In this document: in pieces, positions 20,185 to 31,047 of the stretch
Position numbering within the stretch: the first letter of the stretch is position 1
Layout of the letters: each line of letters starts with the position of its first letter
Assembly (NCBI GenBank): GCA_949879775.1
Contig: CATLBW010000001.1
Location: 1-60,186 of the forward strand
Source of the DNA: an uncultured Lachnospiraceae bacterium
GTDB lineage: Bacteria; Bacillota; Clostridia; Lachnospirales; Lachnospiraceae
DNA length: 60,186 bases
Reading direction: 5' to 3'
Notes under the pieces: generated by a model
Databases searched by the model: none
The model's input: only the letters and a program-made list of their open reading frames with translations
Told to the model about the DNA's origin: nothing
Position numbers and translations under genes: made by a program

Positions 20185-21576
20185 TTACAATTCACAGTTA
20201 TTTACTGTCCGCGGGAACGGAACCACATCACGGATGTTCGTCATGCCAGTCAGATACATCACGCACCTCTCGAAGCCAAGCCCAAAGCCTGCATGCCTTG
20301 CCGTGCCGTATTTACGCAAATCAAGGTAGAAACCGTAATCTTCTTTATCCAACCCCAATTCCTCCATGCGCTGGCAAAGCTTGTCGTAATCGTCCTCCCT
20401 CTGGCTCCCGCCAATAATCTCGCCGATCCCCGGCACCAGGCAGTCCACAGCGGCAACTGTCTTGCCATCCGGGTTAAGCTTCATATAAAACGCCTTGATT
20501 TCCTTGGGATAATCCGTCACAAACACCGGGCACTTAAACACTTCCTCCGTCAAGTAACGCTCGTGCTCGGTCTGCAAATCCGCCCCCCAGGAAACCTTGT
20601 ATTCAAATTTATCGTTATTTTTCTCTAAAATCTCAATCGCCTCTGTATAAGTCACATGGGCAAACTCAGAACTTGCTACATGGCGAAGCCGCTCTAAAAG
20701 GCCCTTGTCCACAAAGTTATTGAAAAACTGCATCTCCTCCGGGGCATGTTCCAGCACATAATTGATAATGTATTTAAGCATGCTCTCAGCCAGGACCATA
20801 TCATCCTTCAAGTCAGCAAACGCTATTTCCGGCTCAATCATCCAGAACTCCGCCGCATGCCTGGTGGTATTGGAATTCTCCGCACGGAATGTCGGCCCGA
20901 AGGTATAGATATTCTTAAATGCCATCGCGTACGTCTCACCGTTTAGTTGCCCGCTTACCGTCAGATTGGTTGGCTTATTGAAAAAATCCTGGGAAAAATC
21001 CACAGTCCCGTCGTCATTTTTCGGCATATTATTCAAATCAAGCGTTGTCACCTGGAACATTTCGCCTGCCCCTTCACAATCGCTGCCGGTGATAATCGGC
21101 GTATGCACATAGACAAAATCCCGCTCCTGGAAAAATTTGTGGATGGCATAAGCAATCAGGGAACGTACGCGGAAAACTGCCTCAAAGGTATTGGTGCGCG
21201 GACGCAGATGTGAAATTGTCCGCAAATATTCAAAACTGTGGCGCTTCTTCTGCAAAGGGTAATCCGGCGTGGACTTGCCCTCGATGACAACCTCATCGGC
21301 TTGGATTTCAAATGGCTGCTTCGCATTAGGCGTGGCAACCAGCTTACCAGACACAATCACCGCCGCGCCTACATTTAACTTATCAACCTCTGCAAAATTA
21401 GGCAGCTTATCATGGTACACCACCTGCAGCGGCTCAAAAAACGTCCCGTCATTTACCACCATGAACCCAAAATTCTTAGAGCCGCGGATGCTGCGTACCC
21501 AGCCGCCCACGCTCACCTCCTGGTCCAGGTATTCTTCCTTTTTCCGATACAAATCCTTAATGTTCGTTAATTCCAT
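20185..21576 (-). CDS. asnS: Asparagine--tRNA ligase
   Basis: [53 protein letters not shown]. Confidence 0.97.
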   Translation of the reverse strand: MELTNIKDLYRKKEEYLDQEVSVGGWVRSIRGSKNFGFMVVNDGTFFEPLQVVYHDKLPNFAEVDKLNVGAAVIVSGKLVATPNAKQPFEIQADEVVIEGKSTPDYPLQKKRHSFEYLRTISHLRPRTNTFEAVFRVRSLIAYAIHKFFQERDFVYVHTPIITGSDCEGAGEMFQVTTLDLNNMPKNDDGTVDFSQDFFNKPTNLTVSGQLNGETYAMAFKNIYTFGPTFRAENSNTTRHAAEFWMIEPEIAFADLKDDMVLAESMLKYIINYVLEHAPEEMQFFNNFVDKGLLERLRHVASSEFAHVTYTEAIEILEKNNDKFEYKVSWGADLQTEHERYLTEEVFKCPVFVTDYPKEIKAFYMKLNPDGKTVAAVDCLVPGIGEIIGGSQREDDYDKLCQRMEELGLDKEDYGFYLDLRKYGTARHAGFGLGFERCVMYLTGMTNIRDVVPFPRTVNNCEL

Positions 21577-21603
21577 AACTTTTCTCCTTCTTCCATTCTT
21601 CCC

Positions 21604-22857
21604 CTACGGCGTAGCCGCGTCAGTCCCTGCCTCATCTGATGCAGCCGCGTCAGTCCCTGCCTCATCTGCCGCGGCCGTGCCGGTGCCTGCTTCACCTGCC
21701 GCGTCAGCCGCCTTTTCATCGTAGGTGACTTTGGCGTTATCAATAACAAAATTCACTGCCTTATCGCTGATATAAGCATTCTTCACATAGTCCTCGCCGT
21801 ATTGTTCCAGCAGGGCTTCTTCACTCTCATAGGAAAAATCCTTTACAATATCCTGCTTGTACTTCGCATAACCTTCCTCATCCGCTTCGAGGTTCTCCTT
21901 CTTGGCAATCGCCTCCATGATTAACTGGTTCGTCAAGCTGTTCTCTATATACTGGCGCACCTGCTGGTTAAATTCATCCTCCGTCGTATTTACGCTGCTC
22001 AGGTAAGCGGAAAGCTCCATATTATAATTATTTTTTAGGTTTTCCTCAAACTGATCCATATATTCCTGTATCCTCTGGTCCAGCAGGCCATCCGGCAGCG
22101 TCACCGTGCAGTTCTCCTGCAGCTTATCAAAGACAGCGTTCTGTGTGTCCGTCTCCTTTTGCGTCTCATTGTTGCTTTCTAACTTTTCCCTGACGCCTTT
22201 TTTCAAGTCATCGACGGTTTTATACCCGTCATTGACAAAGTTGCTCTCCACAAACTCATCCGTCACCGTGTCGTACGTCATATACTCTTCTTTGACAATC
22301 TTGTTAATCTTCACCTTAAATACGACCGCCTGCCCTGCCAGCTCCGTATTTCCGTAATCCTCCGGGAACGTCAGGTTTAATTCCACATCTTCCCCAACCT
22401 TCTTGCCGACCAGCCCATCCTCAAACCCGTCAATAAAACTGTTTGAGCCAATTTCCAGGTTGGCGCCCTGCGCCGTCCCGCCGTCAAACGCCACGCCGTC
22501 TTTTATCCCTTCATAATCAATATTTGCAATGTCCCCTTCTTCTACCGTGTCCTTATCCGTATCTACATAATTCGGGTATGAGGCAAGCGTGCTCTCGATA
22601 TTGCTCTTGACGTCTTCATCCTTCACCTCATACGTGCCAAGGGTGATTTCCAGCCCTTTGTAATCCCCTAGTTTCACACATTCGTCCACATCATACGATT
22701 CTGAACCTGTCTCGCCGCCGGAAGCCTGCGCTCCCTCTTCTGTCGCCTGCCCCTCTTCTGCCTTCTGCCCCTCATCGGTCTTTTCTTTTGCGCCGCAGCC
22801 GCCAATCAGCGACATTGCACATACGGCAATTAAAAATGCTGTCATCTTCCTCTTCAT
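21604..22857 (-). CDS. Trigger-factor-like FKBP PPIase/chaperone with lipoprotein signal peptide
   Basis: MKRKMTAFLIAVCAMSLIGGC lipobox; NIDYEG..DGVAFDGG, IGSNSFIDGFEDGLVG, TFPEDY..ELAG; no GFRxGK ribosome-binding motif; C-terminal DEAGTDAAA repeats. Confidence 0.82.
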   Translation of the reverse strand: MKRKMTAFLIAVCAMSLIGGCGAKEKTDEGQKAEEGQATEEGAQASGGETGSESYDVDECVKLGDYKGLEITLGTYEVKDEDVKSNIESTLASYPNYVDTDKDTVEEGDIANIDYEGIKDGVAFDGGTAQGANLEIGSNSFIDGFEDGLVGKKVGEDVELNLTFPEDYGNTELAGQAVVFKVKINKIVKEEYMTYDTVTDEFVESNFVNDGYKTVDDLKKGVREKLESNNETQKETDTQNAVFDKLQENCTVTLPDGLLDQRIQEYMDQFEENLKNNYNMELSAYLSSVNTTEDEFNQQVRQYIENSLTNQLIMEAIAKKENLEADEEGYAKYKQDIVKDFSYESEEALLEQYGEDYVKNAYISDKAVNFVIDNAKVTYDEKAADAAGEAGTGTAAADEAGTDAAASDEAGTDAATP

Positions 22858-23161
22858 ATAAACATTTACCTTTCTTTCTGATAATATAAATAGCTGCCCG
22901 GGCCATCCATCCCCCATAAAACGGCAAAGCCATAGGCTTACAAGCGGCGCCCGGAAAGTAACAATAGAAACAGAATACCATATTTTCAAACAAAATAAAA
23001 GGGTTCCTGCATACAAATCACAAATAAATCACACTCTAAGTCCGGTTGCAGCCACAAGCTGCAAATGGTATACTATGGGTTAAGCAAAAACCCCGCGCCT
23101 TAAGGCGTAACAACAAATGCACTGGCATTCCCTGTAAAACCAGACGAAAGGAGCCATCTCC

Positions 23162-24625
23162 ATGAACGCAGAACATCTGACCCTGCTGACTGATTTGTAT
23201 GAATTGACTATGATGCAGGGATATTTTAAAACCGGCAACAAAAACGTTGTCATATTTGACGCTTTCTACCGTACGAACCCAGACAACGGCGGCTATGCCA
23301 TCTTTGCCGGGCTTGCGCAGATTATTGATTACATTAAACACCTTCGCTTTGATGCTTCAGATATATCTTATCTCAAGTCATTGGGAATTTTTGAAGAAGA
23401 TTTCCTGGATTATCTGAGGACGTTTTGTTTCTCCGGCGATATTTATGCCGTCACTGAGGGCACAGTCATTTTCCCCCGGGAACCCCTGATAAAAGTAATC
23501 GCCCCCATCATGGAGGCACAGCTCATTGAGACTGCCATATTGAATATCTTAAACCATCAAAGCCTAATCGCCACCAAGGCTGCACGCGTCTGCTATGCAG
23601 CGGGGGACGACGGGGTCATGGAATTTGGCCTGCGCCGCGCACAAGGGCCGGACGCAGGCATCTATGGGGCCAGGGCCGCCATAATCGGCGGATGCTGCGG
23701 CACGTCCAACGTCCTCTGCGGCAAGCTGTTTGACGTGCCAGTGAAGGGCACGCACGCCCATAGCTGGATTATGAGCTTCCCTGACGAATACACAGCTTTC
23801 CAGACATACGCCAAATACTACCCTTCCGCCTGCATCCTGCTCGTGGACACTTACGACACCCTAAAATCCGGCATACCCAACGCCATCCGCGTATTTAGGG
23901 AAATGCGTAAGCAGAATATACCGCTCACCAACTACGGCATCCGCATGGACAGCGGCGACCTCGCGTACCTCTCCAAGCAGGCGCGCAGGATGCTGGACGA
24001 AGCCGGATTTACGGACGCCGTTATCTCCGCCTCCAATGATTTGGACGAATACCTCATTGAAAACCTCAAGGCACAAGGCGCAGCCATCACATCCTGGGGC
24101 GTGGGGACCAACCTGATTACCTCAAAAAACACCCCCGCCTTCGGCGGCGTATATAAGCTCGCCGCCACTTTGGATGAACAGGGCAATTTTGCGCCCAGGA
24201 TTAAGCTTTCCGAGAACAGTGAAAAAGTGACAAACCCCGGCAATAAGACAATTTACCGGATTTATGAAAAAGATTCTGGGAAAATTAAGGCAGACTTAAT
24301 CTGCCTGGAAGGCGAAACTTTCGACTGTGAGAAAAATTTACGTATCTTTGACCCCGTGGAAACTTGGAAATACACCAACTTAATCGGCGGCGCCTATACC
24401 ATGCGCCGCCTGCCAGTACAGATATTTGACAAGGGAAGATGTGTCTATGAGTCCCCCAGCGTAATGGAAATCCAAAAATACTGCGAACAGGAGAAAAACA
24501 CGCTCTGGAACGAGGTGAAACGTTTCTCCAACCCCAGCAAAGTATATGTGGATTTGTCTGACAACCTGTTTGAGATGAAACGGAATATACTCAGGGAGCT
24601 TTCCGCAGAACATCACCAGTTTTAA
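23162..24625 (+). CDS. pncB: Nicotinate phosphoribosyltransferase
   Basis: TDLYELTM, EFGLRRAQG, GTHAHSW, LVDTYD, RMDSGD, GVGT, GGVYKL. Confidence 0.95.
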   Translation: MNAEHLTLLTDLYELTMMQGYFKTGNKNVVIFDAFYRTNPDNGGYAIFAGLAQIIDYIKHLRFDASDISYLKSLGIFEEDFLDYLRTFCFSGDIYAVTEGTVIFPREPLIKVIAPIMEAQLIETAILNILNHQSLIATKAARVCYAAGDDGVMEFGLRRAQGPDAGIYGARAAIIGGCCGTSNVLCGKLFDVPVKGTHAHSWIMSFPDEYTAFQTYAKYYPSACILLVDTYDTLKSGIPNAIRVFREMRKQNIPLTNYGIRMDSGDLAYLSKQARRMLDEAGFTDAVISASNDLDEYLIENLKAQGAAITSWGVGTNLITSKNTPAFGGVYKLAATLDEQGNFAPRIKLSENSEKVTNPGNKTIYRIYEKDSGKIKADLICLEGETFDCEKNLRIFDPVETWKYTNLIGGAYTMRRLPVQIFDKGRCVYESPSVMEIQKYCEQEKNTLWNEVKRFSNPSKVYVDLSDNLFEMKRNILRELSAEHHQF

Positions 24626-24638
24626 GGACCAAATATGA

Positions 24639-24687
24639 ATTTGTCCCAAGGAGCGCCAGGCTTGCCTGGGGATTCCTTGGGACAAAT
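24639..24687. terminator. Hairpin (REP-like) between convergent genes
   Basis: ATTTGTCCCAAGGA/TCCTTGGGACAAAT stem with inner CCAGG/CCTGG. Confidence 0.7.
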
Positions 24688-24728
24688 ACGTAAGGGCGTC
24701 TTCCATTCACATGTGCGCACATTAGGAA

Positions 24729-25787
24729 TTAACACTTTGGGCTTTGCGCCGGAGCGCAGCCTTTAGGCAAAACACGCCCGACCCGTGACTTAAAATGGCA
24801 CCAGGCGGCTACCAGGGCGCTGACAATCAGCACCATATAAAAATTCAGCCCGCGCGTGACGCACATGGACGCTGTCAGCGTCGCCCCGGTAAATACCTGG
24901 GAAAACGCGGTCTTATACATCATCTCCGTGATGCCCTGGGCGCCCGGCAGCGGCAGCATGTCAACCGCTATGTAAATCGCCGCCTGTAAGCTCATCACGG
25001 TAAACGCCGACGTCCCGCTAAGCCCCAGCCCCTTATAAATCAGCCAGGTCAAAAAGAACACGCTGCACCGCTGGACCACGGTAAATGCAATAACAGCATA
25101 AATCTTGCTCTTATTCCTCAGGAAAAACAAGACTGCCTCATGGTACTGGTCAGCCATCTCAATGAGCTTTTTCGTCCGCTCGCCGGAATTCTTAAGGACC
25201 TTTATTTTCTTTAGCAGCTTCTCTCCACCTATGACAAGCCCTTTAAAACATTTGGGGCTGACCATGATAAAAATAAGGACCACCACTAACAGCGTGTTTA
25301 AAAACAACCCCAGGTAATAGAGGTACAAATAGCCCTGCAAGTGGTCTGCAAGCGGCTGGTAACAGAAAATTAAAATGCCCACCCCCATAACCACCAGCAC
25401 AAATTTATAAATGACCGCCACAGTCATTAAGACCACGGAACTGTCCGAAACTTTATGCCCTTCCTTCTGCATATAATAGAGCTGCATGGGCTGTCCCCCG
25501 GTCGCCGAGGGCGTAATCCCGGAAAAGAAAAAACCCACGAACGAGTATTTCACACAGGTAGCGGTGCTCGTCTTATAATTTAAAGCCCTCAGCAGATAAC
25601 AGATCATAAACCCCTCCGCTGACACAAAAAAGAACGCTGTGGCGACGGCCGCGCACAGATACAAGGGATGCAGGGTCCTGACAGCCCCTACAACCGCCTC
25701 CATGTCATTTCCCTTGAAAATCACATAAAATGTCAGTACTGCCAGCAAAATAAAAATGATTGCGCTGATAATATTTTTCTTACTCAT
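24729..25787 (-). CDS. Lysylphosphatidylglycerol-synthase-TM / flippase-like membrane protein
   Basis: Multi-TM; FFSGITPSATGGQP and PLPGAQGITE motifs. Confidence 0.85.
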   Translation of the reverse strand: MSKKNIISAIIFILLAVLTFYVIFKGNDMEAVVGAVRTLHPLYLCAAVATAFFFVSAEGFMICYLLRALNYKTSTATCVKYSFVGFFFSGITPSATGGQPMQLYYMQKEGHKVSDSSVVLMTVAVIYKFVLVVMGVGILIFCYQPLADHLQGYLYLYYLGLFLNTLLVVVLIFIMVSPKCFKGLVIGGEKLLKKIKVLKNSGERTKKLIEMADQYHEAVLFFLRNKSKIYAVIAFTVVQRCSVFFLTWLIYKGLGLSGTSAFTVMSLQAAIYIAVDMLPLPGAQGITEMMYKTAFSQVFTGATLTASMCVTRGLNFYMVLIVSALVAAWCHFKSRVGRVLPKGCAPAQSPKC

Positions 25788-26395
25788 AAGTAAACTCCAT
25801 TCACTGCATAAGATAATTTCCGCCACATCTTACGGAACATATTCCTTCGTCTCACCGGATAGCAGCCGTTAAGCCTGTTAAATTTGCTAAGCGTCCCCTC
25901 ATAGACGGCGCTGGTCTGTTCCAGCTCATAGAAATCCCTGGGCGTAACCAGCGAAAAATGCTTGTCGAAAAGCTCTATCCCATTTTCCTGTAAAATATTA
26001 GCGGTAAAAGAAGAACATGTATAATGGTTCTTCTGGTAAAACGGTATATTCAATAATATCATGGGAAGCCCCAATACACAATAATGATATTGAAATCTTT
26101 TCTCATAACATTCCCTGAGCTGCCTGGCAATCTCCTCTTTCTGCTCCTTCGTGCATTCCAGGCTGACAACCTTGTAGCGCGCCGTCGGGAATGCCTTTTC
26201 TATCTCGCGCGTATCTTCCTTCTCAAAGCCTGAAAATATGGGGATTGCCGGATTGCGCCTGCCTACGCTGTATGCCTCCTGCAATTCCTCGTCCAAAGAC
26301 AACGCCACATGGATATAATTGATGCCTGTCACCTTGCGGATCATAGAGGCAAAAAGCCCCGGCGTGTCTACCAATGCAAAATATATCTGTTCCAT
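25784..26395 (-). CDS. Permuted papain-like (NlpC/P60 superfamily) protein
   Basis: His before Cys order: YIHVALS ... YHY ... YTCSSFTA ... TPRDF. Confidence 0.6.
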   Translation of the reverse strand: MEQIYFALVDTPGLFASMIRKVTGINYIHVALSLDEELQEAYSVGRRNPAIPIFSGFEKEDTREIEKAFPTARYKVVSLECTKEQKEEIARQLRECYEKRFQYHYCVLGLPMILLNIPFYQKNHYTCSSFTANILQENGIELFDKHFSLVTPRDFYELEQTSAVYEGTLSKFNRLNGCYPVRRRNMFRKMWRKLSYAVNGVYL

Positions 26396-26463
26396 TCAGT
26401 CTTCCTCTCTTGTGGTATCAGTTCAGACAAGCTGCCCTGCCTGTTACCTCTTATGTCTCTTTC

Positions 26464-27486
26464 TTAGTTAAATTGGTATAACTTCCTTGCCACACGGTAT
26501 CCGGCAAGCGTAAACGCATCGCCAACCCTCCCCGGGAGGTACGTGAAGCCGCTGATGGTCCTCCATTTCAGCAATGCGTACAATTTCTGGTCGTGGTACT
26601 TTACATAATTCCAGAGCATTTCCCGCTTCTTTAACGCCTCCGGCGTGCCGATCAGTAAAAGATGGATGGATGAAATAGCCATCATAATTGAAATATTACG
26701 GATTAAATAATTGCTGAGCTTAGGGTTATCCTCGCTCAATTTCTCCAAATCCGCACATTTGGAAACCAGCTTTGTCACCCGTATCTGCTGGTCAATGCGC
26801 CGCATCAAAACCTTCTCATTGACAGACTGGTCATCCCTGCCTAGGAAATAATGGTAGAGGTCCAGGTTCAGGTAACACAATGTCCGCACATAAGGCAGCG
26901 GCTGGTTAGCAAAAATATTGTCAACATAAAAAGTATGTTTCGGCAGCTTAACCTTGGACTTCCTCAACACATCCGTGCGGTAAAATAAAGAGTGCATCAC
27001 AAGATACTGGGACGGATGGAAATGCCTGACTGCATCCCAGCCGCAAACCTGGTTTTCCCTCAGGACATTCTTATAGCCCATCCGCTTAACCTTGCGCTCA
27101 TTAGCATGGTCGTACAGATAATTGCAGATAATCAAATCTACCGTAATATCCCGTTTTTCCCACTCGCGAATCTTATGCAGAAGCTTCTGCAGCTCCCTTT
27201 CATCCAACCAGTCGTCGGAATCCACAACCTTGAAATATCTGCCCGTTGCTAACGCAAGCCCCGCATTGACGCCAGAACCATGCCCGCCGTTCTCCTGGTG
27301 GATTACCCGCACAATCTCCGGGTAGTTCCTTGCATAATTGTCCGCAATCTCCCCGGTGCGGTCTGTGGAGCCATCATCGACAATGATAATCTCCGCCCGC
27401 TCGTCCGCTGTCAGCAATGTATCAATGCAATGTTCCATATAATCCTCAGAATTAAAACAGGGTACAGTAAATGTAATGTCTCTCAT
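26464..27486 (-). CDS. Glycosyltransferase family 2
   Basis: VPCFNS, IIVDDGSTD, NGGHGSGVNAG, VVDSDD. Confidence 0.92.
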   Translation of the reverse strand: MRDITFTVPCFNSEDYMEHCIDTLLTADERAEIIIVDDGSTDRTGEIADNYARNYPEIVRVIHQENGGHGSGVNAGLALATGRYFKVVDSDDWLDERELQKLLHKIREWEKRDITVDLIICNYLYDHANERKVKRMGYKNVLRENQVCGWDAVRHFHPSQYLVMHSLFYRTDVLRKSKVKLPKHTFYVDNIFANQPLPYVRTLCYLNLDLYHYFLGRDDQSVNEKVLMRRIDQQIRVTKLVSKCADLEKLSEDNPKLSNYLIRNISIMMAISSIHLLLIGTPEALKKREMLWNYVKYHDQKLYALLKWRTISGFTYLPGRVGDAFTLAGYRVARKLYQFN

Positions 27487-28109
27487 ATGCTTCCTCTCCT
27501 GTGCTTTTTTGTTGTCCTATTTTATTTAACGAAATTATTCTTGGAATTTCTTCACTATTTTTCTTAATTTTTCTTTAAGATTATACCCCGGCAGTCTTAA
27601 CTGACGCATGATAGAACAAAATGCCGTCGCGCAGTAACATCTTAAAGGCGCATTCGACGCCCTATCGGAATGGGAATTGCAGAAGGATATAGGGCGCCTC
27701 CTGCTGCCTGAGGACAGTCTATCGCATTTTTCTTAAAATTGCCCTGTGTTTACCTTACAATAAACTTACAGTTTTGTAATGTTGAAGGCTTAGGGCATGT
27801 TGCAGGGGCGATATTTCACAACATAACAGAAAAACCCCCGGAAAGCTATACTACCAGGGTTGTATTGGGGGTAGTATTTTTCTCGCAGGGCAGGAATGAA
27901 TTAAAATGATTATTTGACGGCATAAGGAAATAACTGCCGCAGGAATTGGCTTTCCAATCGACTGAAAAAAGGCGCTACACTGCACCACGAATAACAGGAG
28001 AGATTTCTCCTTTTTGTCACGGGTCTTATTTCCGCAAATGGGACATAATAACCAGTTACTTATTTTTTCATTTCCAGCATTGCATTTTTCAACTCGCTTT
28101 CAACATATT

Positions 28110-28589
28110 TTACTTAATAAATTTATCAAAGAATTTATATGCGACAACGCATAAGCCGATAGGCAACGCAAAGAGGAGACCACCAATACATATCCCAATA
28201 ATCAGATGAAGCGTTGAATAATCATCTGATAACATATAAAATCTTAGTCCCCATACAGAATTAACCAGAAATAAAAAGCCTGTAATCAGTCCATGAGAAA
28301 CCTTTTTATCCTTGATTGTATAAAAGAAATGGTCTCCAAAATTGATAAGCCCCCATATCAAAACAGCCACACCAAAACAAATCATATTTTTGTTGAATAT
28401 ATAAATGAATACTGCCAACAGCAGCATAGGATAATAGATAAAAATATTATTTGCCATCCAATGTCCATGCGTCATATGATAGGGCAGCCATTTATGTTCA
28501 TACATCCATCTAGGGAAATCTCCAACTGCTTCCTCAAATAAATGAAATGGTATGTAGATCATAAGGTTTAATAAGATAAAGCTAATCAT
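28110..28589 (-). CDS. HXXEE domain membrane protein
   Basis: FHLFEE motif; multiple TM helices. Confidence 0.8.
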   Translation of the reverse strand: MISFILLNLMIYIPFHLFEEAVGDFPRWMYEHKWLPYHMTHGHWMANNIFIYYPMLLLAVFIYIFNKNMICFGVAVLIWGLINFGDHFFYTIKDKKVSHGLITGFLFLVNSVWGLRFYMLSDDYSTLHLIIGICIGGLLFALPIGLCVVAYKFFDKFIK

Positions 28590-29121
28590 GTTTTCCATCC
28601 TCCCCGTTAATTTTCTGTTCAAAAATCTTTTCCCATTTTTCTAATGTTTCTAAAAGCATATATTGTTGTTCCAATATCATTTGTCCTAATAAGGTCATTT
28701 CCTTTTGCCTTGACATTTGTTCTTGTATTTGGTTTTTGGTTTTACAAATGCTGTTCTTTATATTGTCCATACATTCTTTGAAATCTGTATCATCAAGCGA
28801 TGACATATTTACAATAACGGCGTTGAAATCCAAAAATATTCTGGTTTCACCTGCTGAAAATTCAGACATCAATTCACGAAACTTTGTTTTCCCGTTTGGT
28901 GTGAGTGTATATACTGTTTTTTCAGGCATATTCCCATTCTTCTTTGTTTCACTAAGGACAAATCCTTTTTTTTCATATTGGATAACTTTTTTATATACTG
29001 TATAAGAACCTATTTTTACCCATCTGGCTAAATGCCTGTCCTCAATTTGTTTTTGTAATTCGTATGCACTTTTGGGGCTTTGATAGAGTGAGCCTAAAAT
29101 TATTAAATCAATAGTTGACAT
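28582..29121 (-). CDS. PadR family transcriptional regulator
   Basis: SAYELQK, PEKTVYTLTPNG. Confidence 0.85.
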   Translation of the reverse strand: MSTIDLIILGSLYQSPKSAYELQKQIEDRHLARWVKIGSYTVYKKVIQYEKKGFVLSETKKNGNMPEKTVYTLTPNGKTKFRELMSEFSAGETRIFLDFNAVIVNMSSLDDTDFKECMDNIKNSICKTKNQIQEQMSRQKEMTLLGQMILEQQYMLLETLEKWEKIFEQKINGEDGKHD

Positions 29122-29138
29122 ATATTTTCTCCTTTCTA

Positions 29139-29188
29139 TACTGTATAATACAGTATTGTATAATACAGTAAAGAAAAATAAATGTCAA
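29139..29188 (-). promoter_or_regulatory. padR promoter with tandem palindromic operators
   Basis: TTGACA-17-TATTAT; TACTGTATAATACAGTA and TATTGTATAATACAGTA repeated at 15-bp period over the -10 and start region. Confidence 0.7.
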
Positions 29189-29293
29189 GATTCGCTATCT
29201 ACCATCAAAAGGGTTTCTGCGGCTTTTCCACGCTCATGCCTATGCTCCAAAATATTAATACTTACAATTTCCCCATTTTCTTTTCCGATATTC

Positions 29294-29869
29294 TCATTTC
29301 AAACACCTCTCAATCTTTCTGCCTATGCGCTTTGGAAGCCCCTTTTTAGAAGAAGCGCCTGCATAGACAACTTTGCCTATTGGCTTCATGCCTGCAGCCT
29401 TAAAAAATTCGTCCATATTACGTATTGCCCCCCTGCTTTGTCCAAATATCCATGAAAATGGGAAAGGGGTATTGCAGGAAGTTAAAAGCATATATTTTTT
29501 CCCTTTCAAACGTGGTTTGGGGAAAGTATTTGTTTCTTCCATAGCTGTTCCTAACAATCGGTCAAATAAATTTTTAACAGGGGCAGGGACATTCGCCCAA
29601 TAAACAGGCGCCGCAAGAAAGACTATCTGGCATTCACGCAAAAAGCTGGCGATTTCCTGCATATCGTCTTTTTGCGTACAGACTTTCGTGTCTATACAGT
29701 TACGGCATCCCATGCAGAATGAGATATTTTTTTCGTACAGATTTATTTTAGTTACCATATAGCCTTTCTCCTCGGCTCTGCGGATTGCAATTTCCATCAT
29801 AGACGCCGTCTTCCCGTTTCTATGAGGGCTGCCTAAAATTGCAAGCGCCAATTTCTTGTCCGTGCTCAT
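29294..29869 (-). CDS. NAD(P)H-dependent FMN reductase / iron-sulfur flavoprotein family
   Basis: GSPHRNGKT, CMGCRNC..C, APVYW, KNLFDR. Confidence 0.85.
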   Translation of the reverse strand: MSTDKKLALAILGSPHRNGKTASMMEIAIRRAEEKGYMVTKINLYEKNISFCMGCRNCIDTKVCTQKDDMQEIASFLRECQIVFLAAPVYWANVPAPVKNLFDRLLGTAMEETNTFPKPRLKGKKYMLLTSCNTPFPFSWIFGQSRGAIRNMDEFFKAAGMKPIGKVVYAGASSKKGLPKRIGRKIERCLK

Positions 29870-30507
29870 TTCCCTCCCTCCTTTTCAATCGAATGGTATA
29901 ACATATCAAAGCCATACTCTAAAAATTGTTTTTTAGATAAGTGCATTGTTTTTTCAATGTATTCTTCTTTATTTGCCGCCAACTGGATAAGCCCTGACAA
30001 CATACCCCAGAACTGAAAGATAGCAGGCATAACTTTTATGTCATCACGCAAATCGCCTTTTTTCATGCCGCTTACTAAAAAATCCTTTATTTTTTCATTT
30101 ATTTCCTCCCCGACTTGATAGGTTTCTTTCTCTTCGGGCAAATAACCTTGGCTTTCAAAATCAATGTTAATTTTATCTAACACCATTTTAAAATAAAAAG
30201 GAAATTCTTCTTGGTACAAGACTAACCCCCGGCAAATCATATCATACCTTGCTTTTGTCCCCTCCTGCTGCTCCAATGCGGAAGTTATGTAACTGTAAAG
30301 CCTTTTCATGCTGTCTAACACTAAAAAACCGATAATTTCCTCTTTGTTCTCAAAGTACACATACAATGTCGCTTTGCTATATCCAGCCGCTTTTGCTATA
30401 TCATTCATGGAAGTTGCCGTAATCCCTTTCTCCATAAACAATGCCGAAGCGGCAGCGGCAATATTTTCTCTATGTACGCTTTTGGGTTCTTTTTTTCTGC
30501 GTGCCAT
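29866..30507 (-). CDS. TetR/AcrR family regulator
   Basis: TSMNDIAKAAGYSKATLYVYFENKEEI. Confidence 0.92.
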   Translation of the reverse strand: MARRKKEPKSVHRENIAAAASALFMEKGITATSMNDIAKAAGYSKATLYVYFENKEEIIGFLVLDSMKRLYSYITSALEQQEGTKARYDMICRGLVLYQEEFPFYFKMVLDKINIDFESQGYLPEEKETYQVGEEINEKIKDFLVSGMKKGDLRDDIKVMPAIFQFWGMLSGLIQLAANKEEYIEKTMHLSKKQFLEYGFDMLYHSIEKEGGK

Positions 30508-30525
30508 CTGTATTTCTCCTTTCAT

Positions 30526-30573
30526 TAATTAAACCATCGGTTTAATTATATTCCATTGACATGATTTTGTCAA
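30526..30573 (-). promoter_or_regulatory. Consensus sigma-A promoter and TetR-type operator
   Basis: TTGACA (30573-30568)-17-TATAAT; palindrome TAATTAAACC-atc-GGTTTAATTA at 30526-30548. Confidence 0.75.
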
Positions 30574-31047
30574 TCTGCTTCGCCTTATATTCATAAATAG
30601 TTTTCATTTATATTCACAAAACTCTCCCGAAAAAAACAGCAGAGATTTCTCTCTGCCGCCTTGCTGCTTAAGCATATATAATTTCCTCGTTCACAATCTC
30701 CCCGCACAAGCCCTTATACCTTAAGACGTTGCATCCATTCTAAGGTAGGCGTTCAGTTTGCCACTTGTGAGAGGATTGATTTTTAAGAGATTAGGCGGCG
30801 AATATGAACAGCAAGGAGATAATCCAATACCGTGCTTAACTGTAACCGCCGAATAGGAACAGGCATAGGGCATAACGGAACAGCTAAAAGCAGGAAATTT
30901 AACTTTTGAGAAAAGAAAATTGGGGTAATTGCATAGTAAAATATTGCAAAATTGCACTTGCTTATTTGATAACAAATGCTGATGGTTGCTTGTATTTATG
31001 TCAAAATGATGATAAGATACAGTTATAAATTAAGAAGAGGATAAGGC

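Noticed and set aside
21577-21603. T-box leader for asnS
   Set aside because: The intergenic gap is only 27 bp, leaving no room for the element
27600-27730. Gene remnant or structured RNA upstream of the GT2 gene
   Set aside because: Only an 8-bp inverted repeat and a short interrupted frame; no family recognisable
30721-30975. 84-aa minus-strand ORF
   Set aside because: No RBS, no motif and TTG start; probably spurious or decayed sequence
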